Shown: positions 1 through 10,673 of the stretch, piece after piece
How positions within the stretch are numbered: position 1 is the first letter of the stretch
Layout of the letters: the number at the start of each line of letters is the position of its first letter
Assembly (NCBI GenBank): GCA_013697625.1
Contig: JACCWN010000133.1
Span: forward strand, 32,442 to 96,441
DNA length: 64,000 nucleotides
Direction of reading: 5' to 3'
Source: Legionella sp.
GTDB lineage: Bacteria > Pseudomonadota > Gammaproteobacteria > Legionellales > Legionellaceae
The notes under the pieces: model-generated
Database searches by the model: none
Told to the model about the DNA's origin: nothing
What the model saw: the letters and a program-made list of their open reading frames with translations, nothing else
Program-made: the position numbers and the translations under genes

Positions 1-486
1 AAAACTGAGGGTAGGGAAGTCATTGCAATTGGTAAAACAGCTGATATTTTTGCACACCAAGGCCTTACCCAGACAATAAAAGCAACTGGAAATATGGCCT
101 TATTCGATGCCACCTTAACTGCCTTGTCTACACTCCCCCCAGGTGGTTTGATTTTTACAAATTTTGTTGATTTCGATTCTTCCTACGGGCACAGACGTGA
201 TGTACCCGGATATGCTCATGCTTTAGAATCATTTGATGCTCGATTATCAGAACTTGATGCAATATTACAGCCAGATGATTTAATCTTTATCGCTGCAGAT
301 CATGGCTGTGACCCAACTTTTCCAGGCTCTGATCATACACGTGAACATAGTCCTGTTCTGGTTTTTGGTCCAAAGTTAAATAGTCGATTTATTGGTAGAC
401 GAGATACTTTTGCTGATATTGGCCAAAGTATCGCAGAACATCTTGGAATCGATCCCTTATCAGAAGGCTTGTCTTTTTTATCTTAG
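1..486 (+). CDS. deoB: phosphopentomutase, C-terminal part (5' end outside window)
   Basis: Frame 1 is open from base 1. Translation KTEGREVIAIGKTADIF...FVDFDSSYGHRRD...IAADHGCDPT...DHTREHSPVLVFGP matches conserved C-terminal blocks of DeoB. Confidence 0.85.
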   Translation, partial: KTEGREVIAIGKTADIFAHQGLTQTIKATGNMALFDATLTALSTLPPGGLIFTNFVDFDSSYGHRRDVPGYAHALESFDARLSELDAILQPDDLIFIAADHGCDPTFPGSDHTREHSPVLVFGPKLNSRFIGRRDTFADIGQSIAEHLGIDPLSEGLSFLS

Positions 487-506
487 AATAACTTCTTCGT
501 ATTACC

Positions 507-535
507 ATTGATTTTTTGTAAAGTGCCCCCATTTA
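507..535 (+). promoter_or_regulatory. candidate sigma-32 (heat-shock) promoter for hslVU
   Basis: attgatt (507-513), a 13-nt spacer, then ccccattt (527-534). The -10 matches the CCCCATnT heat-shock consensus. The -35 matches only 4 of 7 positions of CTTGAAA. Confidence 0.35.
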
Positions 536-563
536 TAGTTTTTTAGAACAAATAGGATTTAAA

Positions 564-1112
564 TTGGAACAATATAGAGGCACAACCATACTATCAGTTC
601 GCCGTGGGAATCAAGTGGTTATTGGTGGTGATGGTCAAGTTAGTCTAGGCAATACCATTATGAAAGGAAATGCACGCAAAGTCCGGCGCTTGTATAAAGA
701 TCAAGTCATTGCAGGATTTGCAGGTGGAACCGCCGATGCATTCACGCTTTTTGAACGTTTTGAAAGTAAACTAGAAATGCACCAAGGACATTTGGTAAGG
801 GCCGCGGTGGAACTGGCTAAAGATTGGAGAACAGATAAAATATTGCGTCGTCTTGAGGCAATACTTGCGGTGGCTGACTCCAAAGCTTCCCTAATCATTA
901 CCGGTAACGGAGATGTTATAGAACCTGAAGAAGGCTTAATAGCTATTGGCTCTGGTGGGCCTTTTGCCCAAGCCGCCGCGAAAGCATTGCTTAGAAATAC
1001 TAAATTGACTGCCAAAGATATTGTACAGAAAGCATTAACAATAGCGGGTGAGATTTGTATCTACACAAATAACAATTTAACCATAGAAGAATTAACCAAT
1101 GACATCAAATAA
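564..1112 (+). CDS. hslV: ATP-dependent protease subunit HslV
   Basis: [38 protein letters not shown] is the canonical HslV N-terminal block. The only start is TTG at 564, which leaves 6 residues (MEQYRG) ahead of the catalytic Thr. Confidence 0.93.
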   Translation: MEQYRGTTILSVRRGNQVVIGGDGQVSLGNTIMKGNARKVRRLYKDQVIAGFAGGTADAFTLFERFESKLEMHQGHLVRAAVELAKDWRTDKILRRLEAILAVADSKASLIITGNGDVIEPEEGLIAIGSGGPFAQAAAKALLRNTKLTAKDIVQKALTIAGEICIYTNNNLTIEELTNDIK

Positions 1113-1116
1113 TAGC

Positions 1117-2439
1117 ATGGTGATGACTCCGCGTGAGATCGTCCAAGAATTAGACAAACATATCATTGGTCAAGATGATGCAAAGCGTGCTGTTGCCATC
1201 GCCTTAAGGAATCGTTGGCGCCGCATGAAAATTACAGATCCAATTTTACGCAATGAAATCATGCCCAAAAATATCCTTATGATAGGTCCAACTGGGGTGG
1301 GTAAAACAGAAATTGCAAGGCGTTTGGCCAAGCTCGCTCATGCACCTTTTATTAAAGTTGAAGCCACTAAATTTACAGAGGTTGGGTATGTTGGCCGTGA
1401 TGTTGACTCCATTTTGCGTGATCTTGCAGACATTGCTATCAAACAAGAAAGAGAATGGGCTATAAAAAAAATATCCCATCTAGCAGAAGATGCTGCCGAA
1501 AACAGGATTTTAGATATATTATTGCCACCTGCTCGTGGCACTACCGAGCCAGAAAAGGACTCAACAGCAAGACAAGTATTTCGTAAACAATTACGAGAAG
1601 GTGCTTTAAACGAACAAGAAATTGAAATCGATGTAACTGCCTCACCTATAGGGGTAGAAATTATGGCCCCACCTGGTATGGAGGAGATGACCAACCAACT
1701 GCAGTCTATGTTTCAACAAGTAGGAACTCAGCGTACAAAAACACGTAAAATGACTATTGTTAAAGCCCTCAAGATTATACGTGAGGAGGAGGCTGCTAAA
1801 CTCATCAATGAAGAAGATATTAAAATTCGAGCCATTGAAAGTGTGGAACAACATGGTATTGTTTTTATCGATGAACTTGATAAAGTCGCAAGACGGGCAG
1901 AAGGTGTTGGCGGCGGGGATGTTTCTCGTGAGGGTGTCCAAAGAGATTTATTGCCATTGGTGGAAGGCACTACTGTGTCAACGAAATACGGCATGATTAA
2001 ATCCGACCACATTTTATTCATTGCTTCTGGTGCCTTTCATGTTGCTAGGCCTTCAGACTTAATTGCCGAATTGCAGGGTAGGCTCCCTATACGTGTAGAA
2101 TTATCTGCCCTCAGCGTTGAAGATTTTGTACGCATTCTCACCGAACCGAAAGCTTCATTAACAGAACAATATGCGGCTTTGATGGCCACAGAAGGATTAG
2201 AATTGGTGTTCGATACAACGGGTATTCGTCGAATTGCGGAAGTGGCTTGGCAAGTGAATGAGCGTACAGAGAATATTGGCGCACGCCGTTTATATACTGT
2301 AATGGAAAGATTATTAGAAGTGGTATCTTTTGAGGCAACAGATAAATCTGGTGAGCAAGTCTTCGTTGATGCTATCTATGTTGAAAAAAATCTAGGTAAA
2401 TTGGTTGCAGATGAGGATTTAGCCAGGTATATACTCTAA
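1117..2439 (+). CDS. hslU: ATP-dependent protease ATPase subunit HslU
   Basis: [34 protein letters not shown], Walker [16 protein letters not shown] and DELDK Walker B. In-frame ATGs at 1099, 1117 and 1123; 1099 would overlap hslV, so 1117 was chosen. Confidence 0.93.
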   Translation: MVMTPREIVQELDKHIIGQDDAKRAVAIALRNRWRRMKITDPILRNEIMPKNILMIGPTGVGKTEIARRLAKLAHAPFIKVEATKFTEVGYVGRDVDSILRDLADIAIKQEREWAIKKISHLAEDAAENRILDILLPPARGTTEPEKDSTARQVFRKQLREGALNEQEIEIDVTASPIGVEIMAPPGMEEMTNQLQSMFQQVGTQRTKTRKMTIVKALKIIREEEAAKLINEEDIKIRAIESVEQHGIVFIDELDKVARRAEGVGGGDVSREGVQRDLLPLVEGTTVSTKYGMIKSDHILFIASGAFHVARPSDLIAELQGRLPIRVELSALSVEDFVRILTEPKASLTEQYAALMATEGLELVFDTTGIRRIAEVAWQVNERTENIGARRLYTVMERLLEVVSFEATDKSGEQVFVDAIYVEKNLGKLVADEDLARYIL

Positions 2440-2533
2440 GCTTTCATTTATTCAATGATTCTCAAAACATTTGCGGGAAGCTGGCCTTCAACTGTGTTGT
2501 AAGAGATTTGTTTGCAAATTAAAAAAGAGGTAG

Positions 2534-3145
<612 letters not shown>

Positions 3146-3270
3146 ATGAGAGATAAGGTATTGATAAACAAAGCCGAACAAATTGCGACTTTACATTTAC
3201 CTTCTTAGCAATACACTATATTATGTCACGCGATTTGATGGTTTTTAATTAAAAGATACGAGGAGTATAT

Positions 3271-3603
3271 ATGAGTTATTTTATTAGCGACGCCATGGCT
3301 GCAGTAGGCGCACCAGCTGCACAGTCTGATGGTACCTTCTCACTAATTATGATTGCTGCTATCTTTGTTTTATTTTATTTTATGTTAATCAGACCACAAA
3401 ACAAACGAGCCAAGGAACAAAAAAATTTGCTAGCACGGCTGAAAAAAGGCGATGAAGTTATTACTTCTGGTGGGATGTTAGGAAAAATCGTAAGTTTGGA
3501 TGACCAATATATTCGTGTCAGTCCTGCTGAGGGCATAGAAATCAGTTTGCAAAAAAGCGCAGTCGTTACAGTATTGCCTAAAGGCACTTTAAAATCTATC
3601 TAA
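3271..3603 (+). CDS. yajC: preprotein translocase subunit YajC
   Basis: A single TM followed by RPQNKRAKEQKNLLARLKKGDEVITSGGMLGKIV, which is the YajC signature. Lies directly upstream of secDF. Confidence 0.9.
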   Translation: MSYFISDAMAAVGAPAAQSDGTFSLIMIAAIFVLFYFMLIRPQNKRAKEQKNLLARLKKGDEVITSGGMLGKIVSLDDQYIRVSPAEGIEISLQKSAVVTVLPKGTLKSI

Positions 3604-3623
3604 GTAGGCATAGGAACAAGCAA

Positions 3624-5480
3624 ATGCAAAACAAATATCCTTTATGGAAAAATCTAATGCTGGTACTGATAGCAGTCATTGGATTTATTTATGCCATACC
3701 AAATTTATATACCGAAAATCCTGTAGTTCAAATTTCAGCGGAAAATGCTGGGAATAAAGAGGATTTAAAAAAGCAAGTGGCAACAATCTTAGATCAAAAT
3801 AAAATTGAATACAGCTCAATCATCCTTGAAAATGACGGTGTTGAAGTTATTTTCAAGTCCACTGATGCTCAATTACTAGCCCGAGACGTCATTAAAAATA
3901 AACTTGGAAATAATTATACAGTGGCCCTAAATCTAGCCTCAGCAACTCCCCGTTGGCTAGAGAGCCTTGGTGCTAGCCCTATGAAGCAAGGTCTAGATCT
4001 GAGAGGTGGTGTCCATTTCCTATTAGAAGTGGATGTGGACAGTGTCATTGGGAGGCGTTACGAAGGGCTCATGAAAACGATTGGGCAAACCTTGCGTGAA
4101 AAGGGCATACGTTATTCTGGAATTCGTTATACGGCAACCAAGGGAATAGAATTGCATTTCAAGGATGAACAAACCCTGGATAATGCACTGAAGGAGTTGA
4201 AAACAAAAGCTACCGAAGTTGTTTATGTGAAGGCTAAAGAAGATTTCACAATCTTAGGCTCTTTGGCTCCCTCAGAAATAAATACCACAAGACAAAATAC
4301 CATTGAGCAAACAATGAGTATTCTTAGGAATCGTGTAAACGAGCTAGGGGTGGGTGAGGCTGTGGTCCAACAACAAGGTGCTACCCGTATCGCAGTTGAT
4401 TTACCAGGGATACAAGATGCTGTCAGAGCACATCAAATACTTGGAGGCACGGCAACCTTACAATTTAATATGGTCGATCAAGATCATGATCCTGAAATTG
4501 CTAAACAAACTGGTGCTGTACCTGTCAGTGACAAATTATATCTTATGGATGGACAGCCAATTTTATTAAAAAGGCAAGTTATTTTGAGTGGCGATTCTAT
4601 CACTTCCGCGGTTTCAAGTTTTGATCAACAAACTGCTAGTCCAGCTGTGCAAATACAACTAGGTGGAGGCGGTGAGAGTTTGTTTACCAAAGTCACCCGT
4701 GACAATATTGGTAGGCGTATGGCAATAGTATATGTTGAAACCAAAACCAGCATGCAAAAAGTGGATGGTGTTGATAAACGAGTAACACACAAAGAAGAAA
4801 AAGTGATATCAGCTGCGGTAATTCAATCAGCTTTGGGAAATAATTTTCAAATCACAGGACTTAAAGATCAAAAAGAGGCAAGCAATTTGGCCTTGTTATT
4901 AAGAGCAGGTGCATTACCAGCTGCAATAACACCCATTGAAGAGCGTACAGTAGGACCTTCTCTTGGTAAAGAAAATATTCGTCGAGGGGTTGTGTCCCTG
5001 GAAGTGGGTATGGGTTTGATTTTGATCTTGATGTTGTTTTATTATAGATTTTTTGGACTTGTGGCTAACATTGCCTTGTTGTTAAATTTAGTATTATTAG
5101 GCGCCTTGTTGTCAATCATTGGTGCGACTTTAACTTTACCCGGCATTGCGGGGATAGTGCTTACTGTTGGTATGGCTGTTGATGCCAATGTGCTTATTTA
5201 TGAACGGATTCGAGAGGAATTGCGACACGGATTATCACCTCAGTCTGCCATTTCTGCAGGTTATGATCGTGCTTTTTCCACCATTCTTGATGCAAATGTA
5301 ACTACTTTAATTGTGGCCATCATTCTTTTTGCAGTGGGAACGGGTCCTGTACGCGGTTTTGCGGTAACCCTTTCTTTGGGGTTATTAACGTCTATGCTAA
5401 CGGCTATTACCTATACCAGAGGTATTGTTAATTGGTATTATGGTGGCCGCAATGTAAAAAAATTATCTATTGGTATTTAA
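3624..5480 (+). CDS. secD: protein translocase subunit SecD
   Basis: 618 aa with a large periplasmic domain and C-terminal TM bundle. LGLDLRGGVHFLLEVD and VDANVLIYERIREE motifs. Confidence 0.95.
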   Translation: MQNKYPLWKNLMLVLIAVIGFIYAIPNLYTENPVVQISAENAGNKEDLKKQVATILDQNKIEYSSIILENDGVEVIFKSTDAQLLARDVIKNKLGNNYTVALNLASATPRWLESLGASPMKQGLDLRGGVHFLLEVDVDSVIGRRYEGLMKTIGQTLREKGIRYSGIRYTATKGIELHFKDEQTLDNALKELKTKATEVVYVKAKEDFTILGSLAPSEINTTRQNTIEQTMSILRNRVNELGVGEAVVQQQGATRIAVDLPGIQDAVRAHQILGGTATLQFNMVDQDHDPEIAKQTGAVPVSDKLYLMDGQPILLKRQVILSGDSITSAVSSFDQQTASPAVQIQLGGGGESLFTKVTRDNIGRRMAIVYVETKTSMQKVDGVDKRVTHKEEKVISAAVIQSALGNNFQITGLKDQKEASNLALLLRAGALPAAITPIEERTVGPSLGKENIRRGVVSLEVGMGLILILMLFYYRFFGLVANIALLLNLVLLGALLSIIGATLTLPGIAGIVLTVGMAVDANVLIYERIREELRHGLSPQSAISAGYDRAFSTILDANVTTLIVAIILFAVGTGPVRGFAVTLSLGLLTSMLTAITYTRGIVNWYYGGRNVKKLSIGI

Positions 5481-5490
5481 GGCGACTCAC

Positions 5491-6408
5491 ATGGAATTTT
5501 TCAATCCAAATTCAAAAATAGACTTTATGGGGGCTCGTCGTTGGACGGCTACCTTCTCAATCTTGATCTTCATCATTTCAATGGCAGCTTTGAGCATCTA
5601 TGGATTGAAGTGGGGACTTGATTTTACTGGTGGTACTCAAATTGAAGTTAGTTACCCTCAGGCCGTGGATTTACAACTGATTCGTGAAAATTTAAGTAAA
5701 ATTGGTTTTAAAGAAGCACAAGTAGTTAGTTATGGGACTTCCAAAGATGTCCTAATCAGTATTGCGCCCCGTCAAGCCGTTCAGCAATCCAGTTTGGTAG
5801 ATCAAGTAATGAGTGTGCTTCCTGGTGCCAGCAAGCAGCGGGTGGAGTTTGTTGGACCTCAAGTGGGGCACGAATTAGCAACGAAGGGGGCTTTAGCAAT
5901 CATTGTTTCTTTGATTGCTACTATGATTTATATCGCCATGCGATTTGAATATAGACTTGCAGTGAGCTCTGCTATCGCATTGATTCACGATCCGGTCTTA
6001 ATTCTAGGGATCTTTGCTTTATTCGGGATTGAATTTGATTTAAAAGCACTGGCTGGGTTATTGGCTGTAATAGGCTATTCTTTGAACGATACAATTGTGG
6101 TCTTCGATAGAGTACGCGAAAATTTCGTTAAAATACGACGCACCAGCTCAGTAGATATCATGAATGTCTCTATAAACCAGACACTTTCAAGAACCATCAT
6201 GACTTCTTTACTGACACTATTTGTGGTGGTCGCTTTATTTGTATATGGTGGGGAAACCATTAGAGGTTTTTCTTTAGCCTTAATCATAGGTATAGTAATT
6301 GGTACCTATTCCTCAATTTACGTCGCAGGTGCATTGGCTGTAGCAATGGGTTTGGATAGAAAAGATTTTTTACCAAATCAACGTAAAGAATTGGATGATC
6401 GTCCCTAG
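5491..6408 (+). CDS. secF: protein translocase subunit SecF
   Basis: MEFFNPNSKIDFMG...GLDFTGGTQIEV...YSLNDTIVVFDRVREN. The ATG at 5491 is preferred over the TTG at 5470, which overlaps the secD stop. Confidence 0.92.
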   Translation: MEFFNPNSKIDFMGARRWTATFSILIFIISMAALSIYGLKWGLDFTGGTQIEVSYPQAVDLQLIRENLSKIGFKEAQVVSYGTSKDVLISIAPRQAVQQSSLVDQVMSVLPGASKQRVEFVGPQVGHELATKGALAIIVSLIATMIYIAMRFEYRLAVSSAIALIHDPVLILGIFALFGIEFDLKALAGLLAVIGYSLNDTIVVFDRVRENFVKIRRTSSVDIMNVSINQTLSRTIMTSLLTLFVVVALFVYGGETIRGFSLALIIGIVIGTYSSIYVAGALAVAMGLDRKDFLPNQRKELDDRP

Positions 6409-6444
6409 TTAATGCTTGCGCGAAAGTCATTTTACCTTTTAGTT

Positions 6445-6475
6445 CGACTTCCAGCAGCTTGTTCGCGGGAAGTCG
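6445..6475. terminator. weak stem-loop between convergent secF and the deaminase pseudogene
   Basis: cgacttcc (6445-6452) pairs with ggaagtcg (6468-6475) across a 15-nt loop. No flanking T-run on either strand. Confidence 0.2.
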
Positions 6476-6521
6476 GGACTGGGTAAAAATATATTAGGCG
6501 CCACCGACTAGTTAGCCATCA

Positions 6522-6997
6522 TTAGCAAATAGGTAACCCTTTCTTTTTCCACAGTTTAAATAACTTATCTACGCTAGGATGTAACTCTGATTGTTGTACA
6601 ATATGCATTTTTCGATTTGAGATTGGTTTGCTTAATTCATCATACAATAAACTGTCGTCGAACCCATAAGTGCCCGCCATATGTCTGTCCGCAATAAAAT
6701 AACAAGACTCAATACCTGCAAATGATATTGCAGCCAGGCACATAGGGCAAGGTTCTGAAGTACAATAGATAGCACTTGCATCCAACCGATATGACTTTAA
6801 ATATTTTGATGCCATGCGAATCGCATTGATTTCAGCGTGACTTGTGGCATCACAATCTTTTAAAACGTGTCATGGGCTATTGCAATGAGTTGATTATTAG
6901 AAACAATACAGGCGCCGAACGGAGCCCCATCACCCCTACGGACACCAATCATTGCTTCTTTTAGCGCTAATTCTAAATAGACTTTTTGATTTGCCAT
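6522..6997 (-). pseudogene. CMP/dCMP-type zinc deaminase (guanine/nucleoside deaminase-like), frameshifted
   Basis: ATG at 6997 gives MANQKVYLELALKEAMIGVRRGDGAPFGACIVSNNQLIAIAHDTF, then a stop at 6860-6862. One frame over, the sequence continues VLKDCDATSHAEINAIRMASKYL...CTSEPCPMCLAAI to 6522. Both the HAE and PCxxC zinc motifs are present but split by a 1-nt frame break near 6866-6870. Confidence 0.75.
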
Positions 6998-7073
6998 GCG
7001 TTTTCCACCTAGTATATTATACTTTCATTTACTGAAATTTAAAGACGTTCAATATTACTTCATCAACATTGAC

Positions 7074-7102
7074 TTGTCAGCCTTATCTTAACCAAGTATA
7101 AT
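7074..7102 (+). promoter_or_regulatory. candidate sigma-70 promoter for the 7132 ORF
   Basis: ttgtca (7074-7079), a 17-nt spacer, then tataat (7097-7102). An agagg Shine-Dalgarno lies about 8 nt before the TTG start. Confidence 0.35.
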
Positions 7103-7131
7103 GTAAAATATTTATAAAAAGAGGTTATATT

Positions 7132-8253
7132 TTGTCTAATTCTGATTCAGATTATCGGTTTAATCCAATGGTATATTCCGATAGTCTGCATACATTTGAT
7201 AAGCCGCATTTTTTTTATTGGTTTTTTCAATGTTTGGTTGGCGACTCACGTTACTTTGATTATTATAGAGGCGATGATGACTCCTTTTTTGCTAATCTAA
7301 AATATTTCACCAAAAACAGGATCCTAACCCATCATAGTACTGTCTTGCATATGGGTATACTTGATTATCTTCTAGTTATACCATTCATTATCCAATTAGG
7401 TAATGTCGTCTTTCTCAAATTTATGGAAGCAGCGGAAAATCCATACTTTTGTGATGATCTTCTTAAGGAGTCCGCCTTAATTTTTATTATATTTGCGGCT
7501 TGTTTATCCTTATTTCTGCATATCTTGGGTTCGTCGATTGTGGTACCGGTTAAGTTCATTCTAGCAAGCGCAATTCTTTTGTTAGCCACACCCTTCCTAT
7601 TACGCTATTACAATCATATACAACAGCAAGAATTAAGTCTTATGCAAATGCCTGTGATGTATGTTGAGGGTGACGATCTTTTACCAAATTTTGGAAATGA
7701 ATTATCAGATGAATCCTTGAAAACATTATTGGATGAAAGCTGTGGAAAAGGGGATATAACCCTAAAAGATGTTTTACGTATTACAAGCTTAGATGCTATA
7801 CCTACGATACGTCCGCTGCGCAGTGATTCCCGTGCTTTGGGGGTATATATAAAACACGAATTGATTGCTTTGATTCTTCCTTCTAGTAGGACTAAAGAAG
7901 GAATTTTAGCAATGTTAAAGAGTAATAGAAACAGTATTTCTAAGGAATCCCTTGACATACCTGGCATAAAGTCTTTATTGGACAAACCCTATTGGAAAGA
8001 CGCACGTACTGCAAATGCGTTCTTTTCCTTGTCTGCAGGAGTTCAGCAATATTCCACTAAGACAGGTTTGGCCAATGTGGCTGGAGGAACAGTCCCTGAT
8101 CGATTATTTTCTGAAATAAGTAAATATGCAGGCCTAGACCCAGTCTCCCTAAAAACTGGAGACGCTTATTCTGCCTTTTTTTCCAATTATACAAGGGCTT
8201 TTTCAAGCAATCCAATGCTTGTTGATGAAAGGCTTTCTCCCCCCAACCCATAA
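7132..8253 (+). CDS. hypothetical membrane protein, paralog family member 1 (effector-like)
   Basis: 373-aa ORF with a TTG start, 3 hydrophobic helices in the N-terminal half and a soluble C-terminal half. Shares several colinear blocks with the ORF at 38508..39707. Confidence 0.65.
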   Translation: MSNSDSDYRFNPMVYSDSLHTFDKPHFFYWFFQCLVGDSRYFDYYRGDDDSFFANLKYFTKNRILTHHSTVLHMGILDYLLVIPFIIQLGNVVFLKFMEAAENPYFCDDLLKESALIFIIFAACLSLFLHILGSSIVVPVKFILASAILLLATPFLLRYYNHIQQQELSLMQMPVMYVEGDDLLPNFGNELSDESLKTLLDESCGKGDITLKDVLRITSLDAIPTIRPLRSDSRALGVYIKHELIALILPSSRTKEGILAMLKSNRNSISKESLDIPGIKSLLDKPYWKDARTANAFFSLSAGVQQYSTKTGLANVAGGTVPDRLFSEISKYAGLDPVSLKTGDAYSAFFSNYTRAFSSNPMLVDERLSPPNP

Positions 8254-8366
8254 TATCACGGGGATAATCACAAAGCTGCTTTAACACAGTTCATGCCTTG
8301 TCAAGCATTACCTATGTTTTATCAAGACAAAATCATATTTTGATTAACTAAAAATAATAATGTCGT

Positions 8367-8445
8367 CATTGCGAACGCAGTGAAGCCACCCAGTTCGACG
8401 GCTTGATGAAATTCAGTTCTAGGTTGCTTCACTGTGTTCGCAATG
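8367..8445. repeat. palindromic (REP/MITE-like) element
   Basis: cattgcgaacgcagtgaagc (8367-8386) and gcttcactgtgttcgcaatg (8426-8445) form 20-bp inverted arms with 1 mismatch and a 39-nt spacer. Lies in a convergent intergenic region. Confidence 0.6.
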
Positions 8446-8596
8446 AGGGTAATTGTATTTAAATAATAGCATTAGTTTGCCCTAAGTATTTTAATAGGCT
8501 GTGCCCATTTCCTACCGCTGAACTCCAACCAGGTTCATACAAGTACATCTTCATATCTATTATTTAGATTGCGGTTTTTCCTAGCTTTCACTAAGG

Positions 8597-9319
8597 CTAC
8601 AAATTTGCAATATATCCCCAACCTTGTCTCCATTCAACTTTTTTGAACCTTGGATGTTTGAGTACTTTTTCAGAAAAAGCTAGGGTATCAATATTTGAGG
8701 CAATGATCACAAGGTTTGCAGATTTTTTTATAGGGATTACCACGGTAGAATTAAAACGTTGTTTAACCAACTGAAAAATAAGCCATTGATCCATAGAATT
8801 TGCTAAATTTATAGCTATATAGCCGTCAGGATTTAATATCTTAGCACAATAAATAAAAAATTCATCAGTACTACAGTTTGCTGGATAATGGGTGGCATTA
8901 TATAGATCAATTAACAAATGATCATATTGCTTGGTAGCCTTACGAACAAACTCCAGGGCATCTTCATTCACAATTGAAATATTTTGAAGGCTATCTATCA
9001 TAAAATAATCTTTTGCCACCTGAATCACCTCTTTTTCTATCTCCACAGCGATAAGAGAAGAAAATGGATAATAAGCGCTGAGCATATGTATAAGTCCACC
9101 ACCGCCTAAACCCAAAATACAGCACCTTTTGGGACTGCTTATTGCCATCAAAGCCAATGCTGGAAGATAATATAAAACTGGTTGATGAGGAAAAAATCGA
9201 TTGAGCACAGTTTGTAAGGTATCATTCCCAAAAGTTAACCACCGATAAAAAAGATTTTGATACACTTTTATACCTGAAGGAGATGTATAAATGCAGGTAC
9301 CTAATTTTGTTTTCCACAT
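8597..9319 (-). CDS. spermidine/spermine synthase-like SAM-dependent methyltransferase-fold protein
   Basis: ILGLGGGGLIHML (glycine-rich SAM loop), VEIEKEVIQVAKDYF and HLLIDLY blocks. Starts 10 nt after the astB stop. Confidence 0.7.
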   Translation of the reverse strand: MWKTKLGTCIYTSPSGIKVYQNLFYRWLTFGNDTLQTVLNRFFPHQPVLYYLPALALMAISSPKRCCILGLGGGGLIHMLSAYYPFSSLIAVEIEKEVIQVAKDYFMIDSLQNISIVNEDALEFVRKATKQYDHLLIDLYNATHYPANCSTDEFFIYCAKILNPDGYIAINLANSMDQWLIFQLVKQRFNSTVVIPIKKSANLVIIASNIDTLAFSEKVLKHPRFKKVEWRQGWGYIANL

Positions 9320-9329
9320 GGGCTGTTAC

Positions 9330-10673
9330 TTATGTAAATTGAAATGAATAAATGGAACCCAATTTTAATATCTGCGTCAACTCATCCAAAGCTTTGAAAC
9401 TTTCAAACATGAAGCCTGGATCCTTTAAATCTCCGGGGATCAATTCATCTCTATAATGTTTTATCACCCAGGCATCCAACTTATCTAAAAGTTTGTCGTC
9501 TACCAATAAACTTTGATTCATGCCAGCGATTTCATCTGTATTCAAGGGGATTCGTAATCGCAAGCAAGCCGGTCCACCTCCATTGTGCATGCTTTGTTTG
9601 AGATCCAAATAATACACTTGATTGATTGGATTGTTAGAATCATTTAATAAATTATTAATATAATTGTTTACCAATGGATTATATTGACACTCAATTGGTG
9701 CTATTAGAATCATATTATTTTGGTGTGGCAGGGTAATTAGTTGAGAATTGAATAAGTAAGAAGCAACAGCATCTTCAATGGAAATTTCTTTCCTTGCAAT
9801 CTCAATAACCTCTAAAGGAAAATTTGCTTGTGCTTTAAGGTAATTTAGCATGTTTTTTTGATCAAAAAAGGCGTCCTCATGAACTAAAAATAAAGATTCA
9901 TTGCCTACTGAGATCACATCATTATGAAAGACACCTTTATCAATGGCTTTAGGATTCTGGAGAACAAACAATACTTGATTTAAATCAAGTTGATGTTTTC
10001 GAGCAATTGCTTCACAGGCTTCTAATGTTTGTCTGACAGGATATTTTTTGGGACCTACCGATCCTTTAGAACCAATACCATTTTTTCCATAAACAAATAA
10101 ATGCAGTCCTGGTTGCCCATGGGTTTTACAAAATCGTGTATGATTAGCGGCACCCTCATCACTGGTCAAATTTGAACTAGGGACGGGGTCATGATGAACA
10201 AAATAACTTGGATCATTAAATATGGTTTCTAATAATTTTTTAGAGAATGTGGCTTCTTGTGTTCTGTGTAAATTTGTAACCATATTAGCTGCAGTAAAAT
10301 GAACTTTATTATCAAGTGTATCCATACTTGGAGAAACTGTTGCTGCATTGGCCATCCACATGCTTGAAGCGCTGTAACAAATACTTAATAAATCAGGATA
10401 ACGGCTGACTTTATTTATTTGCTCATTAGGAGTTCCTTTAAAACCTAATTGGTGCAATAAATGAAGGTTTGGACGTTCATGAGGCGGCATGATGGCTTGC
10501 TTTAACCCCAATGAATGCAGTAATCTCATTTTTTTTAAGCCCTGCCTTGCAGCATCGCGTGGATTTGAAACTTTTGCTGCGTGCCCTTCAGAGGCAATAT
10601 TACCAGGTGCTAAACCCGCATAATGATGCGTGGGGCCAACCAACCCATCCATGTTAAGTTCATATACGTACAT
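9330..10673 (-). CDS. astB: N-succinylarginine dihydrolase
   Basis: [29 protein letters not shown] and C-terminal [12 protein letters not shown]. The ATG at 10673 overlaps the astD TAA as TAATG. The longer ORF-track start at 10757 lies inside astD. Confidence 0.92.
   Translation of the reverse strand: MYVYELNMDGLVGPTHHYAGLAPGNIASEGHAAKVSNPRDAARQGLKKMRLLHSLGLKQAIMPPHERPNLHLLHQLGFKGTPNEQINKVSRYPDLLSICYSASSMWMANAATVSPSMDTLDNKVHFTAANMVTNLHRTQEATFSKKLLETIFNDPSYFVHHDPVPSSNLTSDEGAANHTRFCKTHGQPGLHLFVYGKNGIGSKGSVGPKKYPVRQTLEACEAIARKHQLDLNQVLFVLQNPKAIDKGVFHNDVISVGNESLFLVHEDAFFDQKNMLNYLKAQANFPLEVIEIARKEISIEDAVASYLFNSQLITLPHQNNMILIAPIECQYNPLVNNYINNLLNDSNNPINQVYYLDLKQSMHNGGGPACLRLRIPLNTDEIAGMNQSLLVDDKLLDKLDAWVIKHYRDELIPGDLKDPGFMFESFKALDELTQILKLGSIYSFQFT

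Noticed and set aside
701-2338. Multiple 60-120-aa ORFs antisense to or out of frame with hslV and hslU (for example 701..1015, 1338..1694, 1728..2021). The same kind of shadow ORF lies inside secD, astD, lspE, lspD, rapA, benE, dapE, the GGDEF-EAL gene and the DedA-PAP2 gene.
   Set aside because: They lie entirely within strongly supported conserved genes, have low-complexity or biased composition, and have no motifs. These are typical shadow ORFs.
7041-7070. PmrA tandem box (cTTAATatT-N2-cTTAATatT) upstream of the first paralog: gTTCAATATTacTTCATCAAC.
   Set aside because: Only one half approaches the consensus (7 of 8) and the second half matches about 5 of 8. That is expected by chance in AT-rich intergenic DNA. 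Only the shared 10-mer observation was kept.
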